A DNA stretch of 64,000 nt from Heptranchias perlo (GCF_035084215.1 NC_090329.1:108190001-108254000); one strand, 5' to 3'. Counted from the stretch's first letter, positions 36,021 through 49,178 are shown. Notes: a model not told the origin generated them from the sequence alone. Made by a program: numbers and translations.

Positions 36021-37169
36021 ATACTGCATGCTGAAATTCTCTTTCTAAACTCCTCTGCTTTACTCCATCTCTCTCACCTTCAAAAACCTCTTCAAAACGT
36101 ACAGCGCTGGCCACACCTTGGATCATCTCCCCCATCCCATTAAGCGCTTTGGGACAGTTTGCTATGTTAAAGACACAATATAAGTTGAAGTTAATCCATC
36201 CCAGGTAATGCGCTGGACTAAGTTCACAAAGCGTATGTGCAAATTTAAATTGAAATGCGGAGATTGAAGGCATTGAAATTCGACCAGTTCCTGGACTTGA
36301 ATGTAATATAGACGCCGTTTCAATTAATGTCTGCTGTATAATCAGGATGGATTTCAGTTCTGGAAAAAAAAAGAAAGAGGCTGTTAATCTACAGCAGGTA
36401 AGTTAAAACTCTGTGCTAAAGTGGAAAATAAACTGTGGCCTGGGTTTTCCAATGGACAACAAGTTACCACCTGATTTGGTAATTCATTAGTAATTTTGCA
36501 CCATGCGCCCACGTAAGTGGTAATAGCTCACAGCTCGTGTGGTTGAAGGATATTAATCAGGGTTGGGTCGGCCGCATTGCCACCCACTCCTGATTCTGCC
36601 TGTTAAAAACACGAGCTGTGATAAGGAGGGAAAAACACAGCCCTTGTGATCTGAACAGGGTGGAACAAGCCAAAAGGTAACAAGAGTGGGTCACAGATGT
36701 GGAATTCAACCCCAGTCACATGCTTCAATATGTCAGGAGTCCTATCATCTGTAGAACTGGACTTGGAGCGTTTTGATGAAAATGTTTAATGTTTGTCTTT
36801 CAGTCCATGAATTGCTGGTCTACTCTATTAAGTTGCCCTGAATACTCCCTGATATTCACCACCTACACTCACAAATCAAGAATAGCTGCTTGATCATATT
36901 ACTAGAGGGCATCTGTCACTGAAGAACTGTATTGTGCAATCAATGACCATCTTCAGGAAATGAAAAAGGGAAGGAAAAGAAATTTAAAAATAACAGCAGC
37001 CTATTGGCCCATACAACTCACACATAGCAGAAAACCGGCATGAGCGTTTCATTTGGATATAACATTATTCCGAAGTTAACTTCCCTATTATTAGCACCCT
37101 CCCGGCTATTTGTGGGCTGATCCCGCCTGATTTTGTGCAATCAGTTTTATTTACATAACATGGTCGAGC

Positions 37170-38850
37170 TCCTGGCTCATTTTGGAGCTCGCCAGAGAAA
37201 AAGGTGAGAAATCAAATGTAAACATGGGATGATGGGTAAATTTAAAGAGATATAGCCACTTAAAAGTAAGCAGTCACATCTGGGATAAAAGTGTTGGTAG
37301 CAATTACAGAGATTGCTATTATTTTCCATGTATATTTCAGCCTTTACAAAGGTTGTTTGGGTAACAAAATGCCTGGCGAAACCCAGTGGCCGGCATAATA
37401 AAATGTGGAGGTAGGAAACTGAGTTTGTGGCCAAGTGATGAAGCTGCACAACATTCCAACTCCCTGTTGTTGAAGCACAAGTGGTACAGAATGGGGTGAC
37501 AGCAAGGAGGGTGGCCCTGCTTTGCATTCCAGGATACCATCCCCATAGGATAGAATTACAATGTGCCTGGAAGGAAGCAGAGGATGAAAACTTGAGGGTG
37601 CAGTTGACCGTTGCTAGCAGTATCAGTCCTATGATGCCTGTTGGCTGCAAAATGTCCTTCCAACAAATAGCACAGCCCTGCATCTGGCTGCCTGCTGGCC
37701 TGGAGCCTGTATAGCCAGTTCTACATGATCATTGCCAGATAGGTGCAGCTCTGCCTGTAAATGTAAGTAGGAGGCCGTTGGCTGATTGACAGAGTTACCG
37801 GTACAGCTTGATCGGCTGGCATTTTTTTTATTCATTCATTCTTGGGATATGAGCATTGCCAGCAAGGCTGGCATTTATAGCCCATCCCTACTTGCCCTGA
37901 GAAGGTGGTGGTGAGCTGTCTTCTTGGACCGCTGCAGTCCACGCGGTGAAGGTACTCCCACAGTGGTGTTAGGTAGGGCATTCCTACCTTTGACTCAGCG
38001 ACGATGAAGTAACAGCGATATATGACAAAGTCAGGATGGTGTGTGACTTAAAGAAGAGCTTGGTGTTCTCATGTGCCTGCTGCCCTCGGTAGTAGAGGTC
38101 GTGGGTTTGAGAGATGCTGTCAAAGAAGTCTTGGCGAGTTGCTGCAGTGCATCCTGTAGATGGTACACACTGCAGCCACGGTGCACTAGTGGTGAAGGGA
38201 GTGGATGGGCTGCCAATCAAGAGGATTGCTTTGTCCTGGATGGTGTCGAACTTCTTGAGTGTTGTTGCATCTGCTCCCATCCAGGCAAGTGGAGTATTTA
38301 ATCATATTGTTGACCTGTGCCTTTTAGGTGGTGGAGAGGCTTTGGAGAGTCAGGAGTTGAGCCACTCACTGCAGAATACCCAGACTCTGACCGGCTTTAG
38401 TAGCCATGGCATTTATGTGGCTGGTCCAGTGGAGTTTCTAGTCCCAACACTGTTCTTTCTCTTCTTGGTCGAAAGAAACCTAAGTAAGGGGGGATTTCCA
38501 CTAGAAAATCCATTGGTCCAATGCTATGGACATTCCAAGAAAAGATGGTGCCAGAACATTCGGTGTAAAGTCTTCTAACCTACTACGTAGAAACAGGAAA
38601 GAAACAAAAAAAAAGCAAGGTTCAGAAATAACTTCAAATTACTTCTACAAATCTTACTATGTGGTTCTGTAAATGTACTTCCACGAACAGCACACTCAGC
38701 AGCCCTGGGCACCCGTTTTGATGAGTGGGCAGGTGACAGCACTATAATAGCCTAAATACCGGAAAATTGTGTGGAGGTCTAAATGACATCAGTGGGGGTG
38801 GGGGGGGGAGGCTAATTTTAATATAAACTGGCAAGTGTTTCTGGTGCCCA
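37170..38850 (+). mobile_element. Old Myb-relic repeat, copy 2, interrupted by a Zenon-like LINE fragment (37825-38437, -)
   Basis: Matches 32460-33350 on both sides of the LINE. ORF 37481 reads VQNGVTARRVALL...LQCAWKEA. The LINE part encodes MGADATTLKKFDTIQDKA, as in 63298..63993. Confidence 0.55.
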
Positions 38851-39057
38851 TACAAACACCAACTGGAAAAATGGATGGTGATTAAATAATTGAAAATTTG
38901 CCATTCCAAATAACCGCTTACATTACACCAGTAAATTGTGTGTAATGAATTGGAAAAACCACCTTATCAATTCAGTTTTGTTAAACTTGGGTGATATCCT
39001 TTGCACTCAACATCCAACAATAACCATTGAAAGTTAATTTTGAATAATAACAACCTG

Positions 39058-39927
39058 GGGCATGATTTTAGCCTGGGGGCAGAGTGGAACTCCTGTCGGG
39101 AAATCTGGAAGTATGGCTTTCCTGGATGTCCTTATGAGTTTGACGTAAGGATGTCGTTTTTTTCTTTTTTGCCGGTTTCCAGCCCGACAGGCCGGCCTGA
39201 TTGACAGGCTGGCTCTCAGTCGGACGGGAGAAGAGCCAGGAAGAGGACGTGTTCAGGTAAGTGTTAGATGGGGGGCCATTGTGGGGGGGTGGGGTCGGAT
39301 GTCATGGGGGGTCGGGGTCACGGGGGTTGGGGGTCACCGGGCAGTTAGTCATGGGGGGGGGGTCAGTCATCGGGAGGTCAAGGGTCACTGGGAGGATCAC
39401 TCATCTGGGGGCTGTCAGTCATCGGGTGGGGGGGGTCAGGGTCGGAGGTCATCATGGGGTCGGGGGTTATCGCTGGGTTGGCGATGGTGGAGGGTCAGAG
39501 ATCGTGGTGGGGGGTCGGAGATCATAGTGGGGGGTTCGGAGATTGTGGGTGGGGTTGGAGATCATGGGGGGAGGTTTCGGATACCATGGGGGTGGGCGCT
39601 GCAGGTAGGCTTGTTGGGCCTGGGGGAAGCACTCCTGCTCCTCTGGGCCCACAAGCAGTGCTATAAAGGCACTTACCTGCAGTTTCGGGTCTTCTTGCCT
39701 CCTTTCACGCGGCGTGAAGGAGAAGGCCCGGGGATCAGAAAAGCTTTGAAAATGGAGGCCCGCCACCTCCTTAACAGCTTTCACTGACTGACCCGCCTCC
39801 TAAGAACGGGTTAGTCACCCGCTCCACCTCCCCTCCCCCCCCACCCCGTGAAAGTGGGTTTTAGATTTTTGCAATTGTTACTGCCCTGCCCCCAACCCAC
39901 CCGTTTTTCCAGGCTAAAATCATGCCC
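39058..39927. mobile_element. Non-autonomous Harbinger element, TSD CTG
   Basis: 19-bp perfect TIR GGGCATGATTTTAGCCTGG / CCAGGCTAAAATCATGCCC. CTG at 39055-39057 and 39928-39930. G-rich degenerate repeats inside. Confidence 0.88.
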
Positions 39928-40023
39928 CTGGGGTCCGTAATCAGAAAGTGTGTAAAAAAGGGAGAGCAAGTTAACCAGCTGACATTCCAAATAGGTATTC
40001 ACCTTTATATGGTGCTTTTAATA

Positions 40024-40348
40024 AAGAAAGAACTTGCATTTATATAGCACCTTTCACAATCTCAGGATGTCCCAAAGCACTTTACAGCCAATGAAGTACT
40101 TTTGAAGTGTAGCCACTGTTGTAATGTAGGAAACGCAGCAACCAATTTGTGCACAGCAAGGTCCCACAAACAACAATGAGATAAATAATCTTGTTCAAAT
40201 AGTGCCATGGGATATTTTATGCCCACAAGCGGGGGCAGATGGGGACTTGGTTTAACATCTCATCCGAAAGATGGCACCTCAGACAATGCAGTAGTCCCTC
40301 ACTACTGCAATGGTCCGTCTGCCTAGATTACATGCTTAAGTCTCTGGA
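40024..40348 (-). mobile_element. Deu-type tRNA-SINE (5'-truncated)
   Basis: aagaaagaacttgcatttatatagcacc tail and core shared with 3624-4060. Further copies at ~34440-34585(+), 41520-42005(+), 49850-50120(+), 52330-52680(-), 57346-57641(-), 57643-57797(+) and 62445-62850(-). Confidence 0.8.
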
Positions 40349-40469
40349 TACATTTAGTTAATACCATTTACCAGTAGCTCAAAGACTAAAATATTTCAGG
40401 TTAAATTTGCTCACTACGCAATGACAAAGCAATTTTCCTTTTGGGAATTCGGTACAACCTGTACTCTTT

Positions 40470-40606
40470 GGGGGTAATTTTGACGTTGTGTAATAGTTTA
40501 AAACAGGTGACGGTGAATCGGAAATAAAAATCGGGAGAGATGTAAAACAGACTGCCAAATCACTATCGCCCGTTTTATACTATCGCACAAAGGCAAAATG
40601 ACGCCC
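40470..40606. mobile_element. Short Harbinger-type MITE
   Basis: gggggtaattttgac / ggcaaaatgacgccc ends flanked by ttt/ttt; related to 31042-31202. Confidence 0.55.
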
Positions 40607-41562
40607 TTTGACACATAAGCAGGGCAGGACTTCTGCTCGCTACACAGATTTGCACCTGGCCCCAGCCAATTTTCTGACTTCACGCTTGGTTATATTTTTC
40701 AGGCAGGCTCCCCATTCTACTCTAGGGAGTCCACAGGGAGCGGGGGCAGAGATTGGCTGCGGCAGGCTCTGTGAACAGTTGCATAGGTTTTTAGACTGTT
40801 TAAATTTTAAAGGGCCAATAGCAACGCTGGACACCAGGGATGAATAGGCATACCTTGTACCCAGTGTTGCTGCAGTGAAATAATGGAAAATATGTTGGAT
40901 GACATACTTCATTTGCATAGCATCACAATATATCCACATATATATAAGTGGAAGTATTGTACGCCCACTATAACCTTCCTGGAAGGGGTGAGAGATAAGT
41001 TAGGAGCGTGGATCTGCCTCTATCTGCCCAAGTTGGACGGGGAGGTGGGGGGGGGGCGGAATCAGCATAACTCAAGTGGAAAATCTAGGCCATCCTGTCA
41101 TTCGTCAGTGTTGCCTCTGTCTCTCATAATTTTCCATGAGGTGCTGATTCATATTGGTGTACTGTCGTGTGGCTCTGACAAGCTCCACAGTACCTTGTCT
41201 ATTCTTCATCTATGAAACTTGATAGTGTTGGCAAGTGATACAACTGTCAGCTGCATCAAGGCTGAGCCCAAACCTGTCGTGAGGCTTTGCAACTGTGGTC
41301 ACCATGGTGATGGCAGTGAGAAGCGGGAACCTTGTCAGGTTTTTCTGTTCTGTGGCCTAGGAACACTAAGGTCAATTGTAGTGGCACCATTCCTACCCTA
41401 GCTGAGACCAGCTAACTCAGCACTGACTGGGAATTAAAATTGAGACTTTCATAGTCTGCCTGTCTCTGCACCACAGTGGACGGTGCTTTTGCTCACTGAG
41501 CCACTGTGAATGCTCCAGATGGCACTCTTTTCGAGGGGAGGGAATTCTCCTAGTGTCCTAGA

Positions 41563-41815
41563 TAGGATCGCCAACCCTCCAGGAATTGAAAATTAATCTT
41601 CCGGACTCTGCTATGAGCAAACCTGGAGAAAAATCATAGGGCGTTAAAATAAATTGTGATTTCTCTTCTGCATTTTCTTTGAACATTTTTGTTTATTAGT
41701 TATAAAAATATTAGAGATGGGATAAAAAGGCTGTTTGACCGGGTGGGACAGTTGGAGGCAGGAGGTCATGTGATGAAACCTCCAGGAATACGTTCAGCCA
41801 GAGTTGGCAACCCTA
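41563..41815. mobile_element. Non-autonomous hAT element with 8-bp TSD, inserted in a SINE
   Basis: TIRs taggatcgccaac / gttggcaacccta. Flanks gtcctaga (41555-41562) and gtccgaga (41816-41823). Confidence 0.8.
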
Positions 41816-42403
41816 GTCCGAGACACTATTCATTCCTCAATTGATGCCACCAAAAATGGTTTAACTCATTATTCATATAATTGCTGTTTATGGAATATTG
41901 CTATTGTAGATTGGCTGACATGTTCGTTACTGATCTTCAAAAATATTTCATTGTGTGAAGCACTTTGAGGTATTTCAATATGACAAGGTGTTATATGAGT
42001 GCAAGTATTATCCATTATATAAAAAAATTCACATTTTCAGAACTTGAAAGAAAAGTGAAAGCTTTATTTTAGGAGAGTTCATTTTAATGAATGCTTTGGA
42101 GATACAAGGTTAAGTAATGGAGTCAGGCAACCATCAGTCAAACAGATGCCTGAAATCTCTGTGTGCGGTTCTCTCTATTTACTTTTCCTCTTGCTGCTGC
42201 TTCCAATCAGGATGCCAGGGGCCTGCAATTCCATTGCTAAAAGGGATGAGGGGATGTGGCTCACCACTTCAGTAATTAAATGAAAACCCAATGGCAGCTC
42301 GTAAAAGCCATCGCAATCCAATGCAGTCAGGTTTCCTTAATATCAGCTAGTGTCCAAGCTTTTTGTCTTGGTAGGCAACATAGACCCTCAAGGGCCACGT
42401 ATG

Positions 42404-42956
42404 GGCCTAGAAATTCAATGGTGCCATGCCATGGCTTTAAACCTGCACCTAAGTCTCCAATATGGTGGGCAGGAAGCATGCGCTCATTACGAGCTGGAAG
42501 TGATCTGCACGCCATATTGTTGTATGCAAAAGTATAGGCCTCTAGGGACGACCCCTGAAACAAATATTAGGCCCTTTCCTTTTGCAAATAAGGGCACTCC
42601 GTCCCAATGTCCCAATCACCTCCCCTTCCCGGTCGCCCAATCAACCCTCACCTGATTTGCAGCCTCACCCACCCCCCACCCCTCCGATTGCCCTCCCTTT
42701 CCCAGTCATCCCCCTCCCAATTTCATCTCCTTCTCCTATAACAACTTACCTGACAGCTGCTGCTAGCAACAGCAATGGCCTGAAATTCGAAGCCTCTTCA
42801 CCGGTGAGCTTCTTGGGGACACCGAGCTGGTGTCCACAGCTCACTGGTCTCATTTAAATGAGGCCCAATATCAGGGCGGCCTCAGGCTGCAGGCACAGGG
42901 AATGTTCCTTGTGCCCAGTTTGCATCGGCCGGCTTGCGGGAATGAATTTCTAGGCC
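42404..42956. mobile_element. Non-autonomous Harbinger-type element, TSD ATG
   Basis: 14-bp perfect TIR GGCCTAGAAATTCA / TGAATTTCTAGGCC. ATG at 42401-42403 and 42957-42959. Confidence 0.8.
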
Positions 42957-43519
42957 ATGAAATTTAAATCCATGTTCCAATTAATCTACATATATTTTAA
43001 ATTGCTGATACTAACTAAGTTGCTATGGTGATTTAAGATTTATCCTCCAAAGAGGCAACAGTGCAGAGAACAGTCCTTTCCAATCTTCCTGGCCCATAAA
43101 ATTCGAAGAGTTTAGACACTCCTGCTTCACATTAGACAGTGTTGTTGACTTCATACAGCATGTCGACTGTCAACAGCACTCAATTAATGTAAACCACTTT
43201 ATTGAGCACTAATTATAAACCAAAGGAAACTTCCTTAAGCTGGCTTCCATAGCAGATATCTCCTACAGCAGCTACATCAAAGTAAACCTTCTGAAAAATT
43301 CTAGCCTGGTAATGAGGAAGAACCATTTTCACTGGGTCTTTCTGGCTGCCACTAGCCTCATTGAGGCTGGTAAAATACACGACTGCCATTACAGCAGTAT
43401 GTTTCAGTGGCAATGTTTTGGAATCATCATATACAAACTTTTGCCATAGTCTATCTCCCTCCTTTTCTCCCTCAGCCTCTACACTGAGTGATTCCTCATC
43501 CTCAGTAGTTTCAATCTCG

Positions 43520-44230
43520 ACCTTAGCTCTCCTTGCCCTGTCTTCTCTGAGTCCATTATCTTCTGTCACTTTTTCCATTATATCTTACTATTACCTCTTC
43601 CTTCATATAAACTCTCCAATTCATAGTCATGGCCGCTTTCTTGACCTCACCATCTCCCATGGCCTTTCTAGTTCTGCAGTCTTGACAAGATAATCTCTGA
43701 CCACTTCTTTGTATCCCTTCCCACCCATATCCCCACATCTCCTTCCAATTCCACTTCTTTCTGTTTCTGTCCCTGGAAAAACTGCCTAGCCTTTGATCCT
43801 CCATTTGCCACAACACCTCTGCAGCTGCTGATTTGCTCAACCACTCCCCCACTTTTGATGCCTTTTTCCCCAGAAAAACCTTCACTTTCTCCCATCCTGG
43901 CTGTTCTACCTGGTACAGCCTCCATATTCACTCCCTCAGGTCTAAGGACCGCAGACTTATGCATATCTGGGGCACAACTGGCTTAAGCATCCATCCCCTG
44001 ACCTGGCTGGACCACATCAAGCTATACTGGCCCTCATTCTCCTCTGCCAAAACTGCTCACTATTCTAGGATCATACTCATTTCTTTTCTCCACTACCAAT
44101 GGCCTGCTTAAACCTTTCCTTCCTTGCCCACTCCACCCTCACCTCTAACAAAAAGTGCAAGGAATTCATGGACTTCTTTGTTACTTGGAGACTGTCCATT
44201 TAGCTGGCTCTACTCCTACCCCTCCCCCTT
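43520..44230 (+). mobile_element. L2 LINE ORF2 (endonuclease/linker) relic
   Basis: LHINSPIHSHGRFLDLTI, ISDH, TFDAFFPRK...WYSLHIHSLRS and AKTAHYSRII motifs; CT-rich L2 composition. Confidence 0.7.
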
Positions 44231-45586
44231 GTCTCTTTAAGGACTGTTAGTTAGGCCGCATGTAGACCATGTTATCCTGAACACAGCGATCCGGCACTGC
44301 TGCATTCAGGGCAGCCAAATTTTGCAAAGGGGGCATCAAATAGATGATAGTGCCCCTACCAATAGTCTGGCTGAAATCACCTAATTTAGCACTGACCAGA
44401 GATCAAATCAAAGACCTTGCTGTCCCTTAGCACTTATTGTATTTGGGGGGAGATAAATTGCTTTTTAATCCCACTCTTCTCCCCTCCTCACCCAAAGGTA
44501 CTGGGATATAGTTCCGTAGAGACCCACAGCCCTTCAATACCTCACCCAAGTGGCCATTTATCCACTGAAACCAACACATGGGCCCCAAATTTCCTCAGGA
44601 CCTGGGGCACACTCCTGGTGCAAAATAGCCAGGAGTGCAGCAGAAGGGGAAGGAAACGCTGGTCTCCACCCAGAAGAGGAGCCAGGAAGGATTTCCGCTG
44701 GGTCCTGGAGTGGGTGAAAGTTCCGACTGCCCCATACAAGTCTCGTGACATGCTGAGGAGGTAGGGCCAGTGGGAGGGCTTCTCCTGACGGTTTTCCCTG
44801 GGCTCCCACCTCCTTTGTGCTCAGCCACCCGAACGGCAGAAAGATAAACAGGGTCATGATTTGGAAGAATTCAGAAATGCACTTAATTTTTTTTTAAACA
44901 TTGGCCCAATGAAGGGGCCAATAACCTGGACAGCAACAACTTATTGACCGCTCCCCCTCCCCCCCCCATACACAGTACCTTCCTCCCCTGTCTAGCGGTC
45001 AACCAAGATGTGCCCAAAATACCACGGCTGTGCACTAGAAACATTTAAAATAGATGACCCCGCCCTGATCTTTGATACTCCACCGGGGTCAGGAGTGGAG
45101 GGCAATAGCAGAGGATGATTCCCACTCCATCACTCTTACGGTGGGACAGTGGTGGGAGGAATAGCCGGTCTAAAGATGTATTTGGCCCTGTGATTTCATA
45201 ACATAAATTTGTTTTGTTTCTGGTTTTGTTTTTCACATTTGCCACAATATTCATCTACATTCTTGCATTACCTTGTTTCTGTTTGTTTGTGAATCATATA
45301 ATTATGAGGTGCCTCAACAAGCACGCCAGACCTTACCATAGAGAAAGGGCATCGTATTTTTAAACTTGTTTATGATATCTGAAAACCTGTTTGATTGGTT
45401 CTATGATGCTACAGGTGCTGTTTACCACCTGACAAAATTGCACTTTATAATAATGTAATGGACCACTTATTGTATACACAGATCATCTGGAAATAGATTT
45501 TAGTAGGTTGCAAAGTCATTTTATCAAATCTGATTTTCTTATCTTTTTCTTTTTATAATCTACCAATGGAACCTCCAAACCTCCAG

Positions 45587-45762
45587 GGGAGCTCTCTTAA
45601 TCTAACCCGCCCGCCGGGAAACTGACGAGATCGGGTGCAGTGCTGGTTTTACACTCCGCTCGATTTTACTCTCCATTAAAGTCAATGGGCAGGGTGTAAA
45701 AACCGGCTTTCCCCCCGATCCCATGGGTTTTCCGTTTGACAAGTTTGGTTAAAATTACGCCC
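45587..45762. mobile_element. Palindromic Harbinger-type MITE, TSD CAG
   Basis: CAG at 45584-45586 and 45763-45765; right TIR ggttaaaattacgccc; internal inverted pair ggttttacac / gtgtaaaaacc. Confidence 0.6.
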
Positions 45763-47345
45763 CAGATCTCTGACTCTGGCCTCCTGTGCACAACCCTACC
45801 CCCCCGCCCCCCCCCCCACCCCCCATCACCAACCCTCAGCTACACCTTCAGTTACCTCTTTGGAACTCCCTCCTAAAATCTCTGCCTTGCCACCTCCCTC
45901 CCCCATTAAACACAGCCCTTTGACCAAGTTTTCAGAAATCTCTCCTAACCATTCTACAAAGGTTTGGTGCCTGCTTCTTTTTCCTCTTTGAGGTGCCTTG
46001 AGACATTTCTCTACACGAAAGGCACTTTATAAATGCAAGTTGTTGTTGACGATATTAAAAAGCCAATAGTTTTCCAACATCCTAATCTGGTTTATGGTGT
46101 TAGCTTCTAACATAGTTATTACATTAGTGGGCGGCTTCCAGCCAAATGCTAAGTTATAATTTGTTCACCATTTGGGAGCATATGTTCAAAACTCAATGTA
46201 ATGTTAACCTGCTTGTCTTCTGGTTTCTTACATAGTTGTTCGGACTTACTGCATGGAACAAAAATTACAAAACAAAAAGATGCAGTTTTTTTTTGATTAC
46301 TCCTCTGTGAAGCATTTTGGGATATTTTTCTACGTTAAAGGAACAATATAAATCATTGTTGTCTTTTTAGCACAAGAAGGGCTCCAGGCTACACTCTCAG
46401 ATGGACAGAAAATCATGTGGAGTACTGTGTTCAGTTCTGGGCGCCGCACCTCAAGTAGAATATATTGGCCTTGGCGAAGATGGTACATAAGAGCAGCCTA
46501 AGGTGTTTTGCTGTCCACTCATTTCTTCCTTTCTCTTTCTCTTTGCTTAGACTCTGTTTCACACCTTCCTCAATAGCTTGACTGAAGTCAGAAACTTGAC
46601 ATGCATCAACATGTATCCCCATTCTGTGATGCAGCCTGTACACCAACAGGTTGCACCACATGACCATGTTGGGAACTGAAAGCAGTTGTTACAGTCCATT
46701 GTATTGTATTTATTGTTCTACAAGGCCTGTTTTTCCATGTTTTCCTGGAGGATGTTGATTAATGTGGTACGTGATCTTGACTGGCCTCATCCTGTACAGT
46801 AAGTCTTACTCCCCTGTTGACTTGTATGTTACTGAAAGTGAATGAATAAATTAAAAACAATGTCAAAGAAACACAATAGGAACAAGGCATACATGGGTCA
46901 GCCTGACAGACCATGAAAACCATGAGTCAGGTAAAATGGTGCCAGCTAAACATCTCCCTTTTATAAAATATACAAGTCAATAGCAGAGGCACACATCCTG
47001 GTGCAACAATTGAGGAATGATTTCTCATAAGCCAGGGAAGCACCTGCGATTTTGAATTCATGGCTATTGTTTCAGTCTTGATGGAGAGATTTTTCCAGTG
47101 CCTCACACCTCTTCTATCACTTGTGAAATATGACCTTATCTTTGCCACATCAGAATTTGCTGGTTAGGTGGAATCATCAAAGCTGCATTGTTTGACTATT
47201 TTAAAGGGCATTTCATGTATTCTATGTTTCATTAACTGTTTAATGTGTATCGTTAGCTGTGAGTACCAAGTTTTACTTTCACTCAACGAAAACTTCTGCT
47301 TTCATCCAAGTTACAAATAATAAATTATTCTATGATTGTTTTAAT

Positions 47346-47546
47346 ATATGATCTGATATGACCTTTGAAATGTATTTTAACAAATAATTTTAAAACATTA
47401 GAGGAGTCAGTTTAATCCTACCCGCCCTGCCGAAACCGGGCGGGCAGGCAGTTAAAATTGCCCAGGTTACTTACCGGTTCTGATATGATCTGATATGACC
47501 TTTGAAATGTATTTTAACAAATAATTTTAAAACATTAGAGGAGTCA
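47346..47546 (+). repeat. Exact 64-bp direct repeat (47346-47409 and 47483-47546) separated by 73 bp
   Basis: atatgatctgatatgacctttgaaatgtattttaacaaataattttaaaacattagaggagtca occurs twice. Confidence 0.9.
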
Positions 47547-49010
47547 ACATCGGGACCTGACTGCCATTTTAACTGGTGGCACTCGGAACAGGTGAGAAAT
47601 CGGCTGGCTAGGTTTAAATGAGGCCCGTGAGTTAAAATAGCCTGGGATATTAACTCAGGGATATTAAGGCTAATTGTGACACCTCTACAACTGCTCAGCT
47701 ATCAGTTAACACAGCATAGAAAAAAAAGTGAACCTTGAACCTTCCTGGTCTGTGTGGCTCAGCTGAGTACTGATCAATTGGGAAGCTCTTAATTAATCTT
47801 TGATGCACATGCCAGCAATTTCTATTCGTGTCTCATAGCTCTGTCATGCATCACTTGCCACCATTTGGTAATTTTTACTTGAGTCACATTAAAACTAGTG
47901 AATTAATCTTTCCACAAGAATCTATTTCCTCGTCAACAATGATAAAAACAAAAATAATGTACATTTATATAGTGTCCTCAATGAAGAACATGAACACTGA
48001 GCAGCATTTGGGAGATTTAGGTGAGGTGACTAAAAGTGTGGTAAAATAAATAGGTTTTCAGTAGGCTTTTAAAGGTCAGGAGCAAGATAGCAAAGCAGAG
48101 GAGTTTAGGAAGGGAGATGTAGAGAGTAGACCCGAGTCATTTCAAGCCCAAGTTTTGCTCATTGAAAGAACAAAATGGTGCTTGACCTGGCCCAGGTTAT
48201 TGAGAAGTGCAAAGGCATACCAAGTATGGCAATGTGGCAATGTTACATCACTATAATATAATCTATTATGTAGACATTCCTGCTTTTAAAAACAGACTTC
48301 TGATTCTCTCCAGCTTAATTCCAGAGTAGAAACATCCTTAATTGTGGCCTTTTTTGTTGCCTTTGTTTATTTTTAAAATTTAGTTTGAATTCCAAAGCTT
48401 TGATTGCTACCGAAATTTATCTGTTCGCAGGAAATATGAGTCTGAGTTGAATATGGAAGGAAAACAGCAAAAGTTCTGAATCAGTGAAGTTTTGGACTCC
48501 CATTGTGGTGGGATACTGAAGGAGCTTGATTCAGAAACAGTGGCCTTTTATTTCTGGGTAGTAACATGCATGACAAATTTGATGCCCCACTTTATTAATA
48601 TCCTCAATGTATTGTCTATGGGCTTAGGTCAGAGATTTCAGACTGTAATGTTAACGACCTGATAAAACATCGTAACAATTCCATGATTTCCATACTTGGT
48701 TTGTTATCATTTGTGAGATTGACCAGCTAGCGCGATCCATTAAGGGACTTGGAACAGGTTGCTCTGGCGTGGGATTCTTCCCACTCGGCTTCAGATAACC
48801 CTGCAAACCAAAGCCCTAACATGTTGTGTTCACTGGCATGGTTTTAGCTAGTTAAACTTCAGCAGTACCCCTGTGCACACTCGGCTCGTCACCATGTACC
48901 TAAGCTGTCTAGATTTAGGTATGATGTGGAGATGCCGGTGATGGACTGGGGTGGACAAATGTAAGGAATCTTACAACACCAGGTTATAGTCCAACAGTTT
49001 TATTTGAAAA

Positions 49011-49047
49011 TCACAAGCTTTCGGAGCTTACCTCCTTCGTCAGGTGA
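49011..49047 (-). ncRNA. Minimal type I hammerhead ribozyme motif (minus-strand copy)
   Basis: Reverse complement is UCAC-CUGACGA-A-GGAG(guaag)CUCC-GAAA-GC-UU-GUGA. Confidence 0.75.
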
Positions 49048-49141
49048 GTGAGTGAAAGGTTCTAAAATCACATAGCATATATTAGGCTAGATCGTCTCCC
49101 AGCCTAATATATACTATGCGATTTTAGAACCTTTCACTCAC

Positions 49142-49178
49142 TCACCTGACGAAGGAGGTAAGCTCCGAAAGCTTGTGA
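49142..49178 (+). ncRNA. Minimal type I hammerhead ribozyme motif (plus-strand copy)
   Basis: Stem I UCAC/GUGA, core CUGACGA (49146-49152), stem II GGAG/CUCC, GAAA (49167-49170), palindromic AAGCUU helix III. Predicted cleavage after 49174. Confidence 0.75.

Noticed and set aside
43213-43578. 121-aa minus-strand ORF as a host exon
   Set aside because: It begins in antisense L2 sequence, has no convincing splice acceptor and no recognisable domain.
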